From contig NC_068981.1 of the NCBI RefSeq assembly GCF_001194135.2, forward strand, positions 2,582,242-2,646,241: a stretch of 64,000 nt of DNA. Reading direction: 5' to 3'. The position numbers and the translations under genes were made by a program. The stretch is from Octopus bimaculoides. Taxonomy: Eukaryota. This document shows, in pieces, positions 46,881 to 60,930 of this stretch. Position 1 is the first letter of the stretch, and every line of letters starts with the position of its first letter. The notes beneath the pieces are model-generated. The model was not told where the DNA came from, ran no database searches, and saw only the letters and a program-made list of their open reading frames with translations.

Positions 46881-48361
46881 TATTGATCCAGGATTGGTGT
46901 ATCACTGTATCATTGTATTGAGCAGACTATCAGATGTCGTTATACACCACTAGTCACAATACACTTCCTCACATTGTTGTAGCTTTCAAATGATGCTACC
47001 CTGCTGGCTGGGCATGCGTGCCAACATTCCCCCTGAATGTAATGCCAGTCCATCACAGAGTTTCTCCTTTACAGCCAAGTGGACTGGAACAATGTGAAAT
47101 GAAGTGTTTTGATCAAGAACACAATGTTCCATTGGTCTGGGAATCAAAACCATAACCTTGTGATAATGAGTACAACAGCTCAACTTCTGGGTCATGTGCC
47201 TCCACAGAATGCTGTAAGTGTAAGAATACCAGACCAGATAGATACCTTGTGTTATTTGCTCTGTCTGTTTGGAGTTCAAATACCGTCGTGGCTGACTTGG
47301 GTAGTAGACCTAATGTGTATAGGAGGAAAAGTGAAAAGAGAACTTTGAGACATGCCAGAGTCAATAGGGTGTGGATCAGACAGAGCTCCATTTGTACACA
47401 CTATGATATGCAAAATCGACAGGATGCTATGAAGTGCCACGAAGACGCACACGGATGTATATCCATCATCATCGTCGTTGTCATCATCATTGTCATTTTA
47501 CATTCGCTGTCCACACTGGCTTGGGTTGGACAGTTTGACCAGGGAAGAGAGAGAGAGAGAGAGAAAGTATATACAGAAAAAGGTATAGTCAGGAATTATA
47601 TTTGGTACATCTAATATAAACTAAGGAGACACAATAAGTGTAGCTGAATCAAAGGTAGACTGACAGAGAAGGCAAATTTTGGGGGCTGCTTCATGCATTT
47701 ACACCCACTTCATATCCTGAGAGTCCATTATCACTTTCTGACCCCACCCTGCTACCCTCTTTTCTAAAATGTGAGTAATCATGTTGCTCCTATACAACAA
47801 AAAACCCATTCCGCTCCATCCCTTTCTCTCATACTTTACACCTTTCTACTCCTTATTTTCCTGGCATAAAGTTCCCTCTTCACTCTTGGGAGACTTGTAG
47901 CCATGCAAGCTATAAGCAGATTTCACTAGTACTGGCAGTATGCAAAAAGAGCACCTCGTACACACTGTAAAATGGTTGGCATTATGAAAAACATCCAGTC
48001 ATAGAGACCATGCCAAGCAAACACTGGAGCATGATGAAGTTCTTGGACCCACCAGATCTTGTTAAATCCATGCCAGCATAGAACATTGCTGTTAAATGAT
48101 GATGATGATGTTGATGATGATACACAGGAGGAGTGGATAGTTAGCAGTAAGATTTTCAGTGAAATAAATTCTATAAAATGCCTAGAAGGCCTCTAGCATG
48201 TATATGGCAGCTTTTGTTATCCAGTGTCCTAATTAGTAGCAAAATGGGTTGGTCTGGGAGCATAACAGCAGAGTTAGAACAGAGCGAAAATGTTTAGAAG
48301 CTATGAATTCTCTGAATCTCTGTTGACTGTGAAGGGATTCTTACTCAGTGTGAAAGGTAGG

Positions 48362-48590
48362 TTTACTCTTTTGTTACCATATTTCTGTTGAGACACTCTG
48401 TGTTTATTTCAATTAATTTTAAATATAACAAAGAATTTTGTAAAATAACTTAGTTATCATTCAGCTAGTGTTAGGAACATAAATTGTGACAAAGGTTTGG
48501 TGGAAAATTTTAATTCAAAACTTATGAAAACAAGACATTTGTACTCAAAGCCAGAGGCGGTTTTAGCTGGGTTGGTATCAAAAGGGTTAA
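48362..48590. mobile_element. piggyBac-type MITE, copy 2
   Basis: High similarity to the 35376 copy, ends aaaggg|ttaa. Confidence 0.72.
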
Positions 48591-48594
48591 ATGA

Positions 48595-49075
48595 GCTTGC
48601 ATGCAAAGTGTAGAGACATATGATAGTGAGGTGTAGGTATTGGAGGTGAAGGATTTACAAAGGCTGGAAAGAAGTGAGATGAGTACATACCACTGGATGT
48701 GTAGTGTTAGTGTACGTGTATGACGGAGCTAATATGAACTAAGAAAAATTGGGTACAACACAAATTGGAAGTAAGTGGCAAGTGAGGGAATCGACTACCT
48801 TGGTATGAGCATGCAATACTTAAAAGGATGACAGTTGGGTAAAATAGTGTTAAGTGATTTAGGTGGAAGGAACCCCTAGAAGAGGTCGATTGAGGAAGGC
48901 ATGGAAAGAAGTGATGGGAAGAAGGCGAATCTCAAAAGGCCAATTCTCATGAAGGAAATGACAAAAGACCGTGACAAACGTCAAGACAACCGTACTAGGA
49001 AAGACCTATCCAAATCATGCAAGCATGAAGGAGCAGGTTCAGGAATTATGATCATGGTGATGATAATGATGATGA
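48595..49075 (+). mobile_element. RTE LINE ORF C-terminal fragment, decayed
   Basis: YDSEV...LQRLERSEM...WMCSVSV...VEGTPRRGRLRKAWKEV...EMTKDRD. Confidence 0.75.
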
Positions 49076-49462
49076 TGTTGGCGGTGGTGGTAGCGGAGGA
49101 GGAGAAGAAAGGTGGCATGAAAAGCCCACACACCTCTACACTTACACTCAAAAGACTACACACTTATGAAACATACTCATAGAAAGACAACTATAATACA
49201 TACACACATTATACATACACTTGCTCTCACATGCATACACACATACACGCGTACACACAAGTATGCACATACACATGCACATATGACAGCTATTTCACCA
49301 AATAAGAAATACCTGCCCACCCACTGTGACAACTCATCTAACCCACACCAGCATGAAAAATGGATGTAAAAATGATGATGATGATGAAGACGTGTGTGCG
49401 AGACACACACAAACTCATACACATATATATACACATACACACAAACTCATATACATACACAT

Positions 49463-49543
<81 letters not shown>

Positions 49544-49589
49544 AATGATACATTTGTCAATGCTATCATGTTTTTTTTTGACAAACCAG

Positions 49590-49657
49590 TTAAACATAAA
49601 TTACCTAAGTCTTTTCACAGTTGGATGCCCTTGAAAGGTTTAACAACTCACCTGTGA
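49590..49657 (+). CDS. Candidate terminal coding exon B: (x)KHKLPKSFHSWMPLKGLTTHL* (exon 49590-49686)
   Basis: Acceptor tttttttttgacaaaccag, same frame and stop as copy A, the only indel lies after the stop, donor AG|gtaaaa. Confidence 0.45.
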
Positions 49658-50005
49658 CGCAGAAGTAATGTCTGCTTTTCATTAAGGTAAAAACTGAAGT
49701 ATCACATTGATGTTCTCTTGTCTTCAGACATGATACAGCAGTCCATCACACTAGTTTTGAACACACTTCGTTTTTCACTTAATAACCAGGAAAGGTTCTA
49801 ATAAACAACTCTACCTAAGAGTATATTTCATTTTATTTGTTTCAGCCACTTGACTGTGGCCATGAAGTGTTTTAGTCGAACAAATCGACTTCAGGACTTA
49901 TTCTTTGTAAGCCTAGTACTTATTCTATCGGTCTCTTTTGCCGAACTGCTATGTACATAAGTACACCAGCATCAGTTGTCAAGTGATGGCTGGGGGACAA
50001 ACACA

Positions 50006-50041
<36 letters not shown>

Positions 50042-50298
50042 NNNNNNNNNNNNNNNNNNNNNNNNNNNNNNNNNNNNNNNNNNNNNNNNNNNNNNNNNNN
50101 NNNNNNNNNNNNNNNNNNNNNNNNNNNNNNNNNNNNNNNNNNNNNNNNNNNNNNNNNNNNNNNNNNNNNNNNNNNNNNNNNNNNNNNNNNNNNNNNNNNN
50201 NNNNNNNNNNNNNNNNNNNNNNNNNNNNNNNNNNNNNNNNNNNNNNNNNNNNNNNNNNNNNNNNNNNNNNNNNNNNNNNNNNNNNNNNNNNNNNNNNN

Positions 50299-50335
<37 letters not shown>

Positions 50336-51362
50336 GGTGATAAATTGAATATTAATTCAATTTAAAACCAAGTGGCCTAGCATATAAAAAAATCTGAAAA
50401 TTCAGAAAAAATTGTATTACACGTGTATAACAGATGACCACTAGGTGGACATCCAATATGCTAGAAAGAAGTCATCAACGACCCAGCCACAAAGAAAAAT
50501 AATGTTCTCCAGAATGTTCTTATGAACTTCATTAGCTTACAGCTGTTTCCACTAAAGATGCAGGGGATTCACAGTTGAGTGCTTGAGTAACATCTTACAG
50601 TTTCATCAGAGCCTCAAACATTAAGTGCAAATGGAGGTGGGATGTTCATGCCTAAATTTGGCTCAAATGGAGGTGGACTATATAACAGGCTCCTTTCAGC
50701 TTTTGTCTATTTTAAATTCAAATAATATTTGTTTTTAAACCTACAATAATAATATAAATGTTTGCAAAAGCCTTTGAATAATGCAGGTGATAAATTAGGA
50801 AAAATATAGAAGGCAATGTCAAGAAATGAAAACAAATAGAAAAGACATTGTATTAAATTACATAGGTTGTTTAATGATATAATATTTTGGGGGAGATTCC
50901 CCTTTTCAAATACTAGAAAGAAAATAAAGAGTTCACAGAAATATGTTGTTCCCAGCAGGCTATTCTCCAAACTCTTTGATTATTTTATTCCTTGTATTTT
51001 AAAAGGGAAATCTGTCTGCAAATATTATGGAGTCATTAAAGAAGCTATGTAATTTAATACATTTTTCTCCCCTTTCTTTTCATTGACACCATCTTACATA
51101 TTTTGCATAATTTCTTACCCTGCATAGCTCAAAGGTTTTTCAAACATTTCATTTACAGTCATTACACTGCTTCAGGCAAATTACTACATTGTTTTATCTA
51201 TAATAACGTTTTAAAGAATATTCCTAAAGGCTGGTTAGTATCTCATTAGTGCCACTGGTAATTTTGCACTTATGCGAGGGTAGTAATTAGGAAGAAACAG
51301 TAGTAAATATGTCCTGATTTTAAATCTCACCAGTGTCAGCTTTGTCTTTCACCTTGATTGGG

Positions 51363-51535
51363 TTCATCATCATCATCATCATCATCGTTTAACGTCCGCT
51401 TTCCATGCTAGCATGGGTTGGACGATTTGACTGAGGACTGGTGAAACCGGATGGCAACACCAGGCTCCAGTCTGATTTGGCAGAGTTTCTACAGCTGGAT
51501 GCCCTTCCTAACGCCATGCCCTTCCTAATGCCATA
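51363..51535 (-). mobile_element. Young 5'-truncated RTE 3' end
   Basis: Family match, with a small duplication (atgcccttcctaacgcc) at the truncation point. Confidence 0.85.
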
Positions 51536-51782
51536 AATAACAAACAAGCAATGGCGAATTTTAATAAAATATATCCTTTAAGAACTGACAATTTGACAAT
51601 GTAAGAAAGCCAATATTCTGTATGAAAATATGATAGCATTTTCTTTTTTTAGAACTGAATTATTCAGATTGAGATTGCAACTCTTTTGGACAGATAATTT
51701 GTATTTTGTATTCTTTGGTATAATCACCATAATAGTGATTATAGTGAATAGAAGGAAAAAAAAATTCAGCATTGAAATTTTC

Positions 51783-51813
<31 letters not shown>

Positions 51814-51919
51814 ATGAATTTGTTCTTAAACCAAACTTTTGATTAGGAAATACATCAGTTTTTGATGTTTTTCCAATTAAAGAAGATATAAAACTCTCAA
51901 ACATTTCTAGTCAACAATG

Positions 51920-52296
51920 TAAGCCAATTATTACCTCCACCTTCGCTAGGATGGAGGTATTTTCAGTCATGTTTGTTTGTTTGTTTGTCTGCAGACAAGA
52001 TATCTCAAGAATTGCTAGATGGATTCGGATGAAACTTTTAGAGATGTTTGGCCTCCTGACTGGCACAAACTGACTAGATTTTGGGATCGATCTGGTTCTG
52101 GACAAGGATTCTGGATTATTTTTCCTGTTTTTTTACTTAATTTTTGAGAGCGGATGGGTTCATTTTTAATATTCTCGTTTGTGAGAGCAGTCGAGTTAAT
52201 TTCAGATATTCTCATTTTAAAAATCATCTCCGGCTAATCATTGAGAGGATGTTGGTGTTGCCTTGGCAGAGGTTTGTACTCTCTGAGTGCTCTTGT
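51920..52296. mobile_element. Helentron-associated non-autonomous (HINE/DINE-like) element
   Basis: tattacctccacc start, internal (TTTG)n, ttggcagagg...ctctctgagtgc end; resembles known rolling-circle non-autonomous elements. Confidence 0.5.
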
Positions 52297-53299
52297 TCAT
52301 ATTCTATTTTTCTTTTATAAGCATGTTAAAGAAAGCCAGTTGTCAATATTTTCTGATTATAGATATCATTAATAATTGATTAGCCCTGATGAATTGAATA
52401 GAGGAGTTTTCAGTCTCTATACATTAGCTGAAGGGAGAATTTTAGCCCTTAAGGTGTCCATGTTTAGTTCTTAAAGGGAAATGAATTGGGGTCATTGAGA
52501 GTTAAGTGCCTTTCTACTGGCAAAGCACAAAATACTCCCTCTTTGGATAGTAGAATGATACCCTGTCAACATAGGAAGTCTCTGATTTACAAAGCATATA
52601 TCCTGAGGATTAAAGGCCACTGTGTTTTTTTTTTTTGTTTAGAAGTCATAAATGGCTATTATATAGGGCTTGAAAAAATTACATGAATTTAAATAATTCT
52701 CTATATTTTGAGTGCCAAACATTCTCAGAACAAATAATATTTTGTTTTCATTAATTTATTATCAACTAATTAATTTCACTTAAGTAAATGACATTAAATG
52801 GTATTAAAATTTGTCAATGTGTTAATTTTCTTTTGAAACATAGCTGTTCCAAGTTCAATAGAAAATTACAATTAGAGATAGTAGAAAAGTAATTAATTAT
52901 AGAAAGAGTTAAATAAATAAATAAAAACAAATTAATATTTCAAAAGTGAGAGATAAGTTATGAGTGAATAATTTATATTTTCTTCGGGTATTTCGTTTCA
53001 TTTCTTTTGTTAGAAGTTGACGAGACGAACCCTAACAAATTCATTTCACCTCTTGCCTATACCCTACTGTTACTGTCCAGGTACATCTTAACATGGACAA
53101 ATAAACAAATAAATAAAACAGCAATTGGATAAAAAAAAAAAAATAGCCGAAAGGAAAATTTTAGATATGTAGAAAAATAATAAAAACTGGACAGTGATGT
53201 ATGGATTTTAAGAAAGAAAAATGTTCGTTCAATAAAAGGACGTATATTTATGAGTTATTATTTGTTTTCTGTGTTGTTGCTTTCAATAGTTTTGTAGAC

Positions 53300-53830
53300 A
53301 TGTTGCTCCTGTCGTCTGCTTCGTTCAATATAAGCCCCTCCTCCTTCCACTCCCACAAACTGCCTGACCCATTCAACATGGCGACAATGTTCATGTCACA
53401 TCAACACTAACACCTTCCTTTTTTTAGCCCACGAATTAGTTCCGAAAAAATGGCTTTATGAAGAAAGGAAAATGCCACCTTAACCAGAAATAAATACTTT
53501 CAAGTAAATTTTCATTCTTTTTCTAACAATACCCACCTCGTTCGGTCTAATTTTTCAAATGATTTTCACCTGAAAATATGTAACGCACCGTCAGTCAATG
53601 AAGGCAAGAGACAGCGAGATAAAACCGAAGTTAAATGAAGTTAACTGCTGGATTTCTATGGAAAGTGAGCGCACGGGATTTTTACAATGATGGCATGGAT
53701 AGATTTACATGTGAAAAAAACTGTTGTGAGAATGAAGACGGCAGCGATAGCCGGCAACGAATGGTAAATTGTGAAGGGTATGGACATCGGACAGGCGTTG
53801 GTCACCTGTCGGATCAAAACGGAAAAGGTG
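53300..53830. promoter_or_regulatory. CpG-rich, TE-free promoter-like island with YY1-like AACATGGCG motif and candidate first-exon donors
   Basis: Many CpGs against a depleted background. AACATGGCG lies near 53375, there is a plus donor AAG|gtgaga at 53828, and a minus donor GAG|gtgggt near 53538. Confidence 0.4.
53780..53827 (+). CDS. Possible first coding exon MDIGQALVTCRIKTEK of an unidentified plus-strand gene
   Basis: ATG at 53780, 16 codons to a phase-0 donor. A candidate next exon at 60589-60622 (DDIAYDILSSL) has a good acceptor and a gtaagc donor. No family recognised. Confidence 0.25.
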
Positions 53831-54884
53831 AGAAGACACCAGTTTACTTTAAAAAACTCTATTAAAAAAAACCTATAAAGTTGTACATGTTGGTCGTATA
53901 TGTCACTTTTAGCCTTTCTATTCATCTTCCATTTCCTATATTAATATCATTATCAACACTAATTTGATTGATTTTAGTTACCTGAAGCCTAATTAATCAT
54001 TTTATTGATCGCCAATAACCAACCCCCATCTTCAGGTGGACGGAGCTTGATCGACATAAATAATATTAATTTTCTTGTTTGTTTCTCATGTAAATCTAGT
54101 TTTAGTCATGTTTATCTAAGAAAACATAGATAGTTTGTATATTATAACTTTAGTGGAGGGGAACCTGCAAGCACTTCATATAAACTCTCTTTTTATTTTT
54201 TTCTCTATATTAATTTCTTTACGAAAACTAATTAATAAATCATTTATTAGGAAGGTAAATAGAGTAGGTGAGAATTAACTATTATTGATAATAATGCTAA
54301 CAATAACAAACTGAAGGTACGGGGAGCATTTTTTGTTTTGTTTTATATTTCCATAAATTTATTAAAGTGTTTTAATGAGAAGTTTTAGCGTTTATGCCTT
54401 TCTCTTAGAATTATTTGGAACTTAATGAAGNNNNNNNNNNNNNNNNNNNNNNNNNNNNNNNNNNNNNNNNNNNNNNNNNNNNNNNNNNNNNNNNNNNNNN
54501 NNNNNNNNNNNNNNNNNNNNNNNNNNNNNNNNNNNNNNNNNNNNNNNNNNNNNNNNNNNNNNNNNNNNNNNNNNNNNNNNNNNNNNNNNNNNNNNNNNNN
54601 NNNNNNNNNNNNNNTATACGGGCATACACTAACATACTATACACTCGTACTGCTGGAAATAGCAGCCAAATCTTCCTCAAATCACTTCTTAACACCGTCT
54701 CACATATATATGTAAGCGTAACTACACAAGTGAGCCCCGCCCCTCTCCGACTTTGTTTCTTCATAACTTTCAAAAAAATGGATATATTTTAATGAAATTT
54801 TCTACAAGGATTAATTTCAATAGAAAATTTCATTAGGAAAAATATCCATTTTCAGGAAGTTATGACGAAACAAATTTGTATAGG

Positions 54885-55273
54885 TGTATATATGTGTATA
54901 GGTATATATCTGTCTGTATGTATATAGGTATATGTGTGTGTATGTATATATGTGTATAGGTACATGTATGTGTATGTATATATGTGTGTGCGTGTATGTG
55001 TAGGTATATATATATATATGTGTGTGTGTGTGTATGTATATGTCTATAGATATATATATATGTGTGTATAGATATATTTATATGTGTGTATAGATATTTA
55101 TATGTGTGTATATATGTGTATAGATATATATATTTGTGTGTGTGTGTATGTGTATAGATATATTTATGTGTGTATATGTGTATGGATATATATATGTATG
55201 TGTGTGTATGTATAGGTATATATATATGTGTGTGTGTGTGTGCATATATGTATTTAGCGTGTATATGTATGTA

Positions 55274-55330
<57 letters not shown>
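54885..55330. repeat. Long compound TA/TG/CA microsatellite
   Basis: Direct reading. Confidence 0.95.
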
Positions 55331-55332
<2 letters not shown>

Positions 55333-55680
55333 GTGCCGCATTGGCTAATATAGTCTTAGCTACAGTATGTCAGAAAAAAGATGCGATGGCCACATTTGGA
55401 AAGATTGTCGGTACATGTGTTATCAACCCTGGCGGGGTAAACGGATTAAATTAACCACGAAGGATTTGATCTTGGAACTTGACATAACCATATAATACAT
55501 GCATTTGACAAATTCACCACATCTGTAAGATTTGTCAAATTAACATATGTATTACGGACGCGTGCACGCGCATATATACATATAAACACACACACACTTA
55601 CAAATATATGAATATGTACTCTACAAAAAGTTTTGAGTAATCCTTCAGGTTTAATGTAAAGTTTGTTTTTATTATAACTC

Positions 55681-55713
<33 letters not shown>

Positions 55714-55998
55714 CGGAGTGATGTTTCATAACTTAGTGTTTTATTGGTATTATACCATTTTCTAAAAATGAAACATAAAATTTAATTAACTGTTCAAATC
55801 CTCTTGTGTTCAATAACAAAAACAACCCCCCCCCCCCAGTTATGTGTAAAGGTAGATTTAATAGTCTGTACACTCATCCAACGCACCTGTTTTTGAAATC
55901 CCTTAAGAGCAGTAGAACACCTTGTCTTTAGTTAGATCTTGTGTTTTCGAATTCATGTAACACTGATGTCAATTTTACCTTTCGCTCCAGGAGAATCG

Positions 55999-56043
<45 letters not shown>

Positions 56044-56292
56044 ACTCTGTTGTCCATAAGTCCTCTAGAAAAAATAAAAACACTCAAAAATTTGAGCCGT
56101 AATATAATTTCCTAAGAAGTTATGTGCCTCCGGCCTGATGACTCACCTATATTGCCAAGTGCAGTACCAGACGTAAAACCATTGGTAACTTTCTAACTGG
56201 CCATAACCAACAACTACATAACACACACATACATACACGCATATATATACATAGATATACATATGATGATGACATATATATATATATATATA

Positions 56293-56553
56293 TTTTTAGT
56301 CATTTTGACTGCAGCCATGCTGGAGCAACGCATTTAGTCGAGCAAATTGACCTCAGGTCTTATTCTTTGTGAGCCTAGTACTTATTCTATCGGTCTTTTT
56401 TTGCCGATCCGCTAGATTACGGGGACGCAAACACACCAACATCGGTTGTCAAGCGATGTTAGAGGGACATATACAAACATATACACACACATACACACAC
56501 ACACACACACACATACATGCATACACTCACACATACACACACACACATACATG

Positions 56554-56615
<62 letters not shown>

Positions 56616-56800
56616 ATACAAATGATATATGAGCATATGATATGGACGGGCTTCTTTCAGTTTCCTTCTATCAGATCCATTCACAAGGCTTTGGTTGGCC
56701 CGAAGCTATAGTGGAAGACACTTGCCCAAGGTGTCACGCAGTGGGACTGAACCCGGAATCATGTGGTCAGTAGCTACTTACCACACAGTCACTCCTGCTT
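56293..56800 (-). mobile_element. SINE family B, near full length
   Basis: Reverse family match; further copies at 23285-23420, 26683-26830, 29487-29595, 42335-42498, 43360-43505, 43934-44090 and 49828-50041. Confidence 0.85.
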
Positions 56801-57370
56801 ACCACTCCTACTTACCACACAGTCATTCCTGTATAAAGATGCATATATCTATATATATATATATATATATATAAGTAAAAATAAATACAAAAAAGGGGTT
56901 TTGTATGATCGTGTATAGAGGAATATATTATTTTATTTAAAAGAATTCCAACTCTGTCTGTTTTTTATGTTTTATTTATATTCTTGTAAAATTAATGTGG
57001 GATATAGAATATGGAATATATAATATATAATATAAAAATGGATGGTACAATGAAATGAAGTATTGAATGTCTTATTGGATATATGGAATATGTCTTATTG
57101 AATATATGNNNNNNNNNNNNNNNNNNNNNNNNNNNNNNNNNNNNNNNNNNNNNNNNNNNNNNNNNNNNNNNNNNNNNNNNNNNNNNNNNNNNNNNNNNNN
57201 NNNNNNNNNNNNNNNNNNNNNNNNNNNNNNNNNNTATATATATATGATTACATACACTCATACAATTATAATTAAGGGTGGTACCGAAGAGGCACCACCA
57301 TGCCAGGATAGCATATATAGACTTATGCACACACACACACACACACATCCATACATATACATTTCATATG

Positions 57371-57413
<43 letters not shown>

Positions 57414-57799
57414 CTTAAAATTTCTAACAGGTGTATTTTATGTGGGTACAGTCTATGAAATCTACCCCTACATATGACTGGCGTCTGATTACTTTTTATG
57501 TGTGGTGATGTATTTTGGGGGAAATAACAATATTTTCGTGCTTTGTGGGCATAAAACTCAAAGGATATTGAAAAGAAGTATGTGTATATTTTAACCTAAA
57601 ACTGCAAATGATTTAAACTACAAATTAAAAATAATTATGAATATTTAGAATTTCTGGTTGTAATTTTTCACATTTTAAAAATATTTTGTTATTTTCTCCA
57701 CCCTAGTGGGGCCGCTAGCTATATCTTGATTGTGTATATGTTAATTGCAGGAAACTCATTAAAATGTTTTACAAATTTTCATTGTACCATCACCAACCA

Positions 57800-58240
57800 A
57801 TTGGATTTAGATACTCGCCAGAGTCAAATTGTGTTGTTCTTTCTTGAAGAACTCCAACATTTCATGGTTTTTATGACTTGGCCCAGTCCACTTTTGATAA
57901 TAGTATAAATGAAAATCCAAGATATAAGGGCTAAGAGCTCTACAGACATTCACCATTAATGTTCTCTTTTTGCCACAACTTCAGGTGAGGTATTTTTTCA
58001 CATTTGCTGGACAGCTGACCTCAACAATAGTACATGACTTTTGTTCCCTGATGGATCAGCTTTGTTATGTCTCCACGGAATTGCAATTTTTAGTGGAATG
58101 TTTCAGCAAGAACCCCACCACTCCTTTTTAAAGGTAGTTCTGGTGTGTCTTCGGTACGACCGCCAAGACAATTTTTCTTACAGATAGCACAATTCTGCCA
58201 ATCCTTTGGTATCGTGAATATTACCTGAATGCAGTTTCAG
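57800..58240 (-). mobile_element. RLE-clade non-LTR retrotransposon fragment
   Basis: Frameshifted W..NIP...HNKAD...CTIVEVSCPA...KENI motifs typical of the PD-(D/E)xK RLE domain. Confidence 0.55.
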
Positions 58241-60659
58241 GTTATTGCAAAAAAAAAAGAAAAAAAAAGAAGACAAAGTAAGCTTCTCTAATTTTCCTCA
58301 ACTCTGCAAATTCTAACATGTAACCTTGTTATTTCCGCATTAAAGATAAGGCGCACCCACTGCCAAAACAAACACCAGTGCAGATAAGCTGCCCTCTTGG
58401 AATATTCTCGTTGATAACTAAAATAACTAAATCTGTTTCTGACTATAATACTTGCTAAGTCTAATCATGTTAGGAGACTCCAGCAGCACTGTTTCACTTC
58501 TTTAAGTTCAGCTTTGCTCAATAAGTTGTCGGGCATAGCTCTCAAGCCCCACCCCCTTTTGCCTGTTCATTAGTAACCAGCCCTTTTTGTTTGGCAGTAA
58601 TCTTGAACACACATTCAAGTAACCAGTGTATAGTTTATACATAACATTTAAGCATGCTACTATCCATGTTGGCCTGTAGTTTCTTTGTTTTTGTTTTTTT
58701 CCCCTTCACTTGTGTCTCCTAGTACTTAAACATATTGCCCCTACAACTGTCAGCCAGATTGGCACACTAAGTTCTGCGTCCAGGTTCTTGTTTTTTTCTT
58801 TTATGGATTGACAGTTTTTTGTTTTAGAACTTGGGTTTCCCACACCAATATCCTTTAATGTGACGCGTGTGTATGTATATAATCCATGTATAAAATACAT
58901 ATGCAATACGTAAATGTATGTATGTGTATTGAAAACAGTATGTTCTAAGTTTATAAAATAAGTTTTCAGTAATACTTTTGGGGTTTACATCTTGTTTGCA
59001 GGAGAGCTAATACGTTTGAAACAAAAGGATGAACATCACACAGTCTCACTTCACTTTCAAGTGATATATTAGGGTAGCACCATCACATTTCTTTCCTTCG
59101 TTAAACGTAGGCCCTTATGACTAACAAGTTCTAAACCAGACAGTAATAGAATGCTTCAAATGCATCAGAGTTATATTTTCATCCGTTTCGATTCTAAGAC
59201 GTTCAAATGCCTTTGGGTTAACTTACCATCTATATTTACCATGGTGTCTGTTAATTTTATGTAATTGGTAGTCTAACACTTCCTTGTTAAATGACAATAT
59301 AAATAAAATAGAAACTCAATGAAATTACAAGTAATAAGTGGTTTTTAACGAACCAGTTTCACTGAGTTCTAATGTCAGTTTTTGTCAAATAAGGAAGTTC
59401 TATTTTATTTAATGTAACTTCAGAGAAAGAATTTATCTTATTGTGTACACAATGTCTTGTGTAGTGTTGTATCTAACTGCAATTTCATTACTGTTAATTA
59501 TAATGTTTAACTTAAGCACAAAGACAACAGTTTTTGAGGCGAGGGAATTAGTTGAATGTTTAACTGGTACTTTTTATCGACTCTGAAAGGTTGAATGACA
59601 AAGTTAACCTCGGTGGAATTTGAACTCAACATAAAGTGCCTAAACAGCTGTCTGTCGTCGGGCATTCCCCCCCCCCCGTCATTCTAAAGATAAGGGGACT
59701 ATTCACTCCTTGTGTGTGTGTTTTAGTCATATGGAAGGAAATAACAGCATGTATGTCTAACCAATGAGCCTGTTATGAATTGTCATAGCAAGCTAAAAAA
59801 TCTTTTGAATGTATAAGTTTAAATTTGTATGGCAATAGCTGTGTGTATAAGTGTATAGATGTATGTGCCTATATGTCTGTTTTGTATGCATTTAAATTCA
59901 GAAAGGGAGGCAGATAAATTTCCTTGTAGATTACTGGTATAGAGTGGGATAGGGGTTATTGACATAGGTAAGCAGACTGATGCAGTTTCAATGTATCAAT
60001 ATTTCTTTCAGTATGTTTTATATGTATGCAAATATACGTGTATATTTGTCCAAAACTAAAGTACTGGAGTTGACGAGGTCAGCTAAATCCTTCAGTGTGG
60101 CCACATCCAATGAATGAAACCAATGAAAGAATTATATAATAAAATTATATATCAGTACAAATTACTGCTGAAATGCTATCTTTAAGATAGCATTTTAGCA
60201 CTAGTCTTAATTTAACAAGTACTTTGCTTTATTTCTTTTGGAAGTTGAATTTACATGATTTTATAAACTGTATGTGTAACTGATGAAGAGTAGGAAGATA
60301 GGCACACTCAGGGACTAATAGACTAATGGTATATGTGCCTTAGAAATCATGTAAAAAAATTATCCATGCAAGTGGAACTTGGACTCTGCAAGCTGCATTG
60401 CAGGCTACTCATCTTTGAGGTCAGTACCTCTGAATAAGAAGCAATACAGGATAGAGAACACTCTTTTGTACTCCAGCATAGTAAGATAGTGATTACTGGT
60501 CAGATTGCTTGGCAAAGTGCATCTAGTATGTACTGTAAGACTTAGCACAAAAATTGTGTTATTTTTCTCTTTTGCTGTGTGTGTACAGGATGACATAGCC
60601 TATGACATTCTCTCTTCTCTATGTAAGCATGACAAAATGGGTGTCAGAATAATTATATA

Positions 60660-60930
60660 TATATCGTTGCCAGTGCCCCTGGACTGGCTTGTGCGGGTGG
60701 CACATAAAAGACACCATTTCGAGCGTGGCCGTTTTCGTGCGGGTGACACGTAAAAGGACCCACTACACTCTCTGAGTGGTTGGCGTTAGGAAGGGCATCC
60801 AGCTGTAGAAACTCTGCCAAATTAGATTGGAGCCTGGTGTTGCCATCTGGTTTCACCAGTCCTCAGTCAAATCGTCCAACCCATTCTAGCATGGAAAGCG
60901 GACGTTAAACGATAATGATGATGATGATGA
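60660..60930 (+). mobile_element. Young RTE 3' fragment
   Basis: Family match with (GAT)n tail. Confidence 0.85.

Noticed and set aside
54860-55454. His/Thr-, Cys/Val- and Ile/Tyr-rich ORFs here and throughout
   Set aside because: These are translations of CA/TG/TA microsatellites, with no splice or start context
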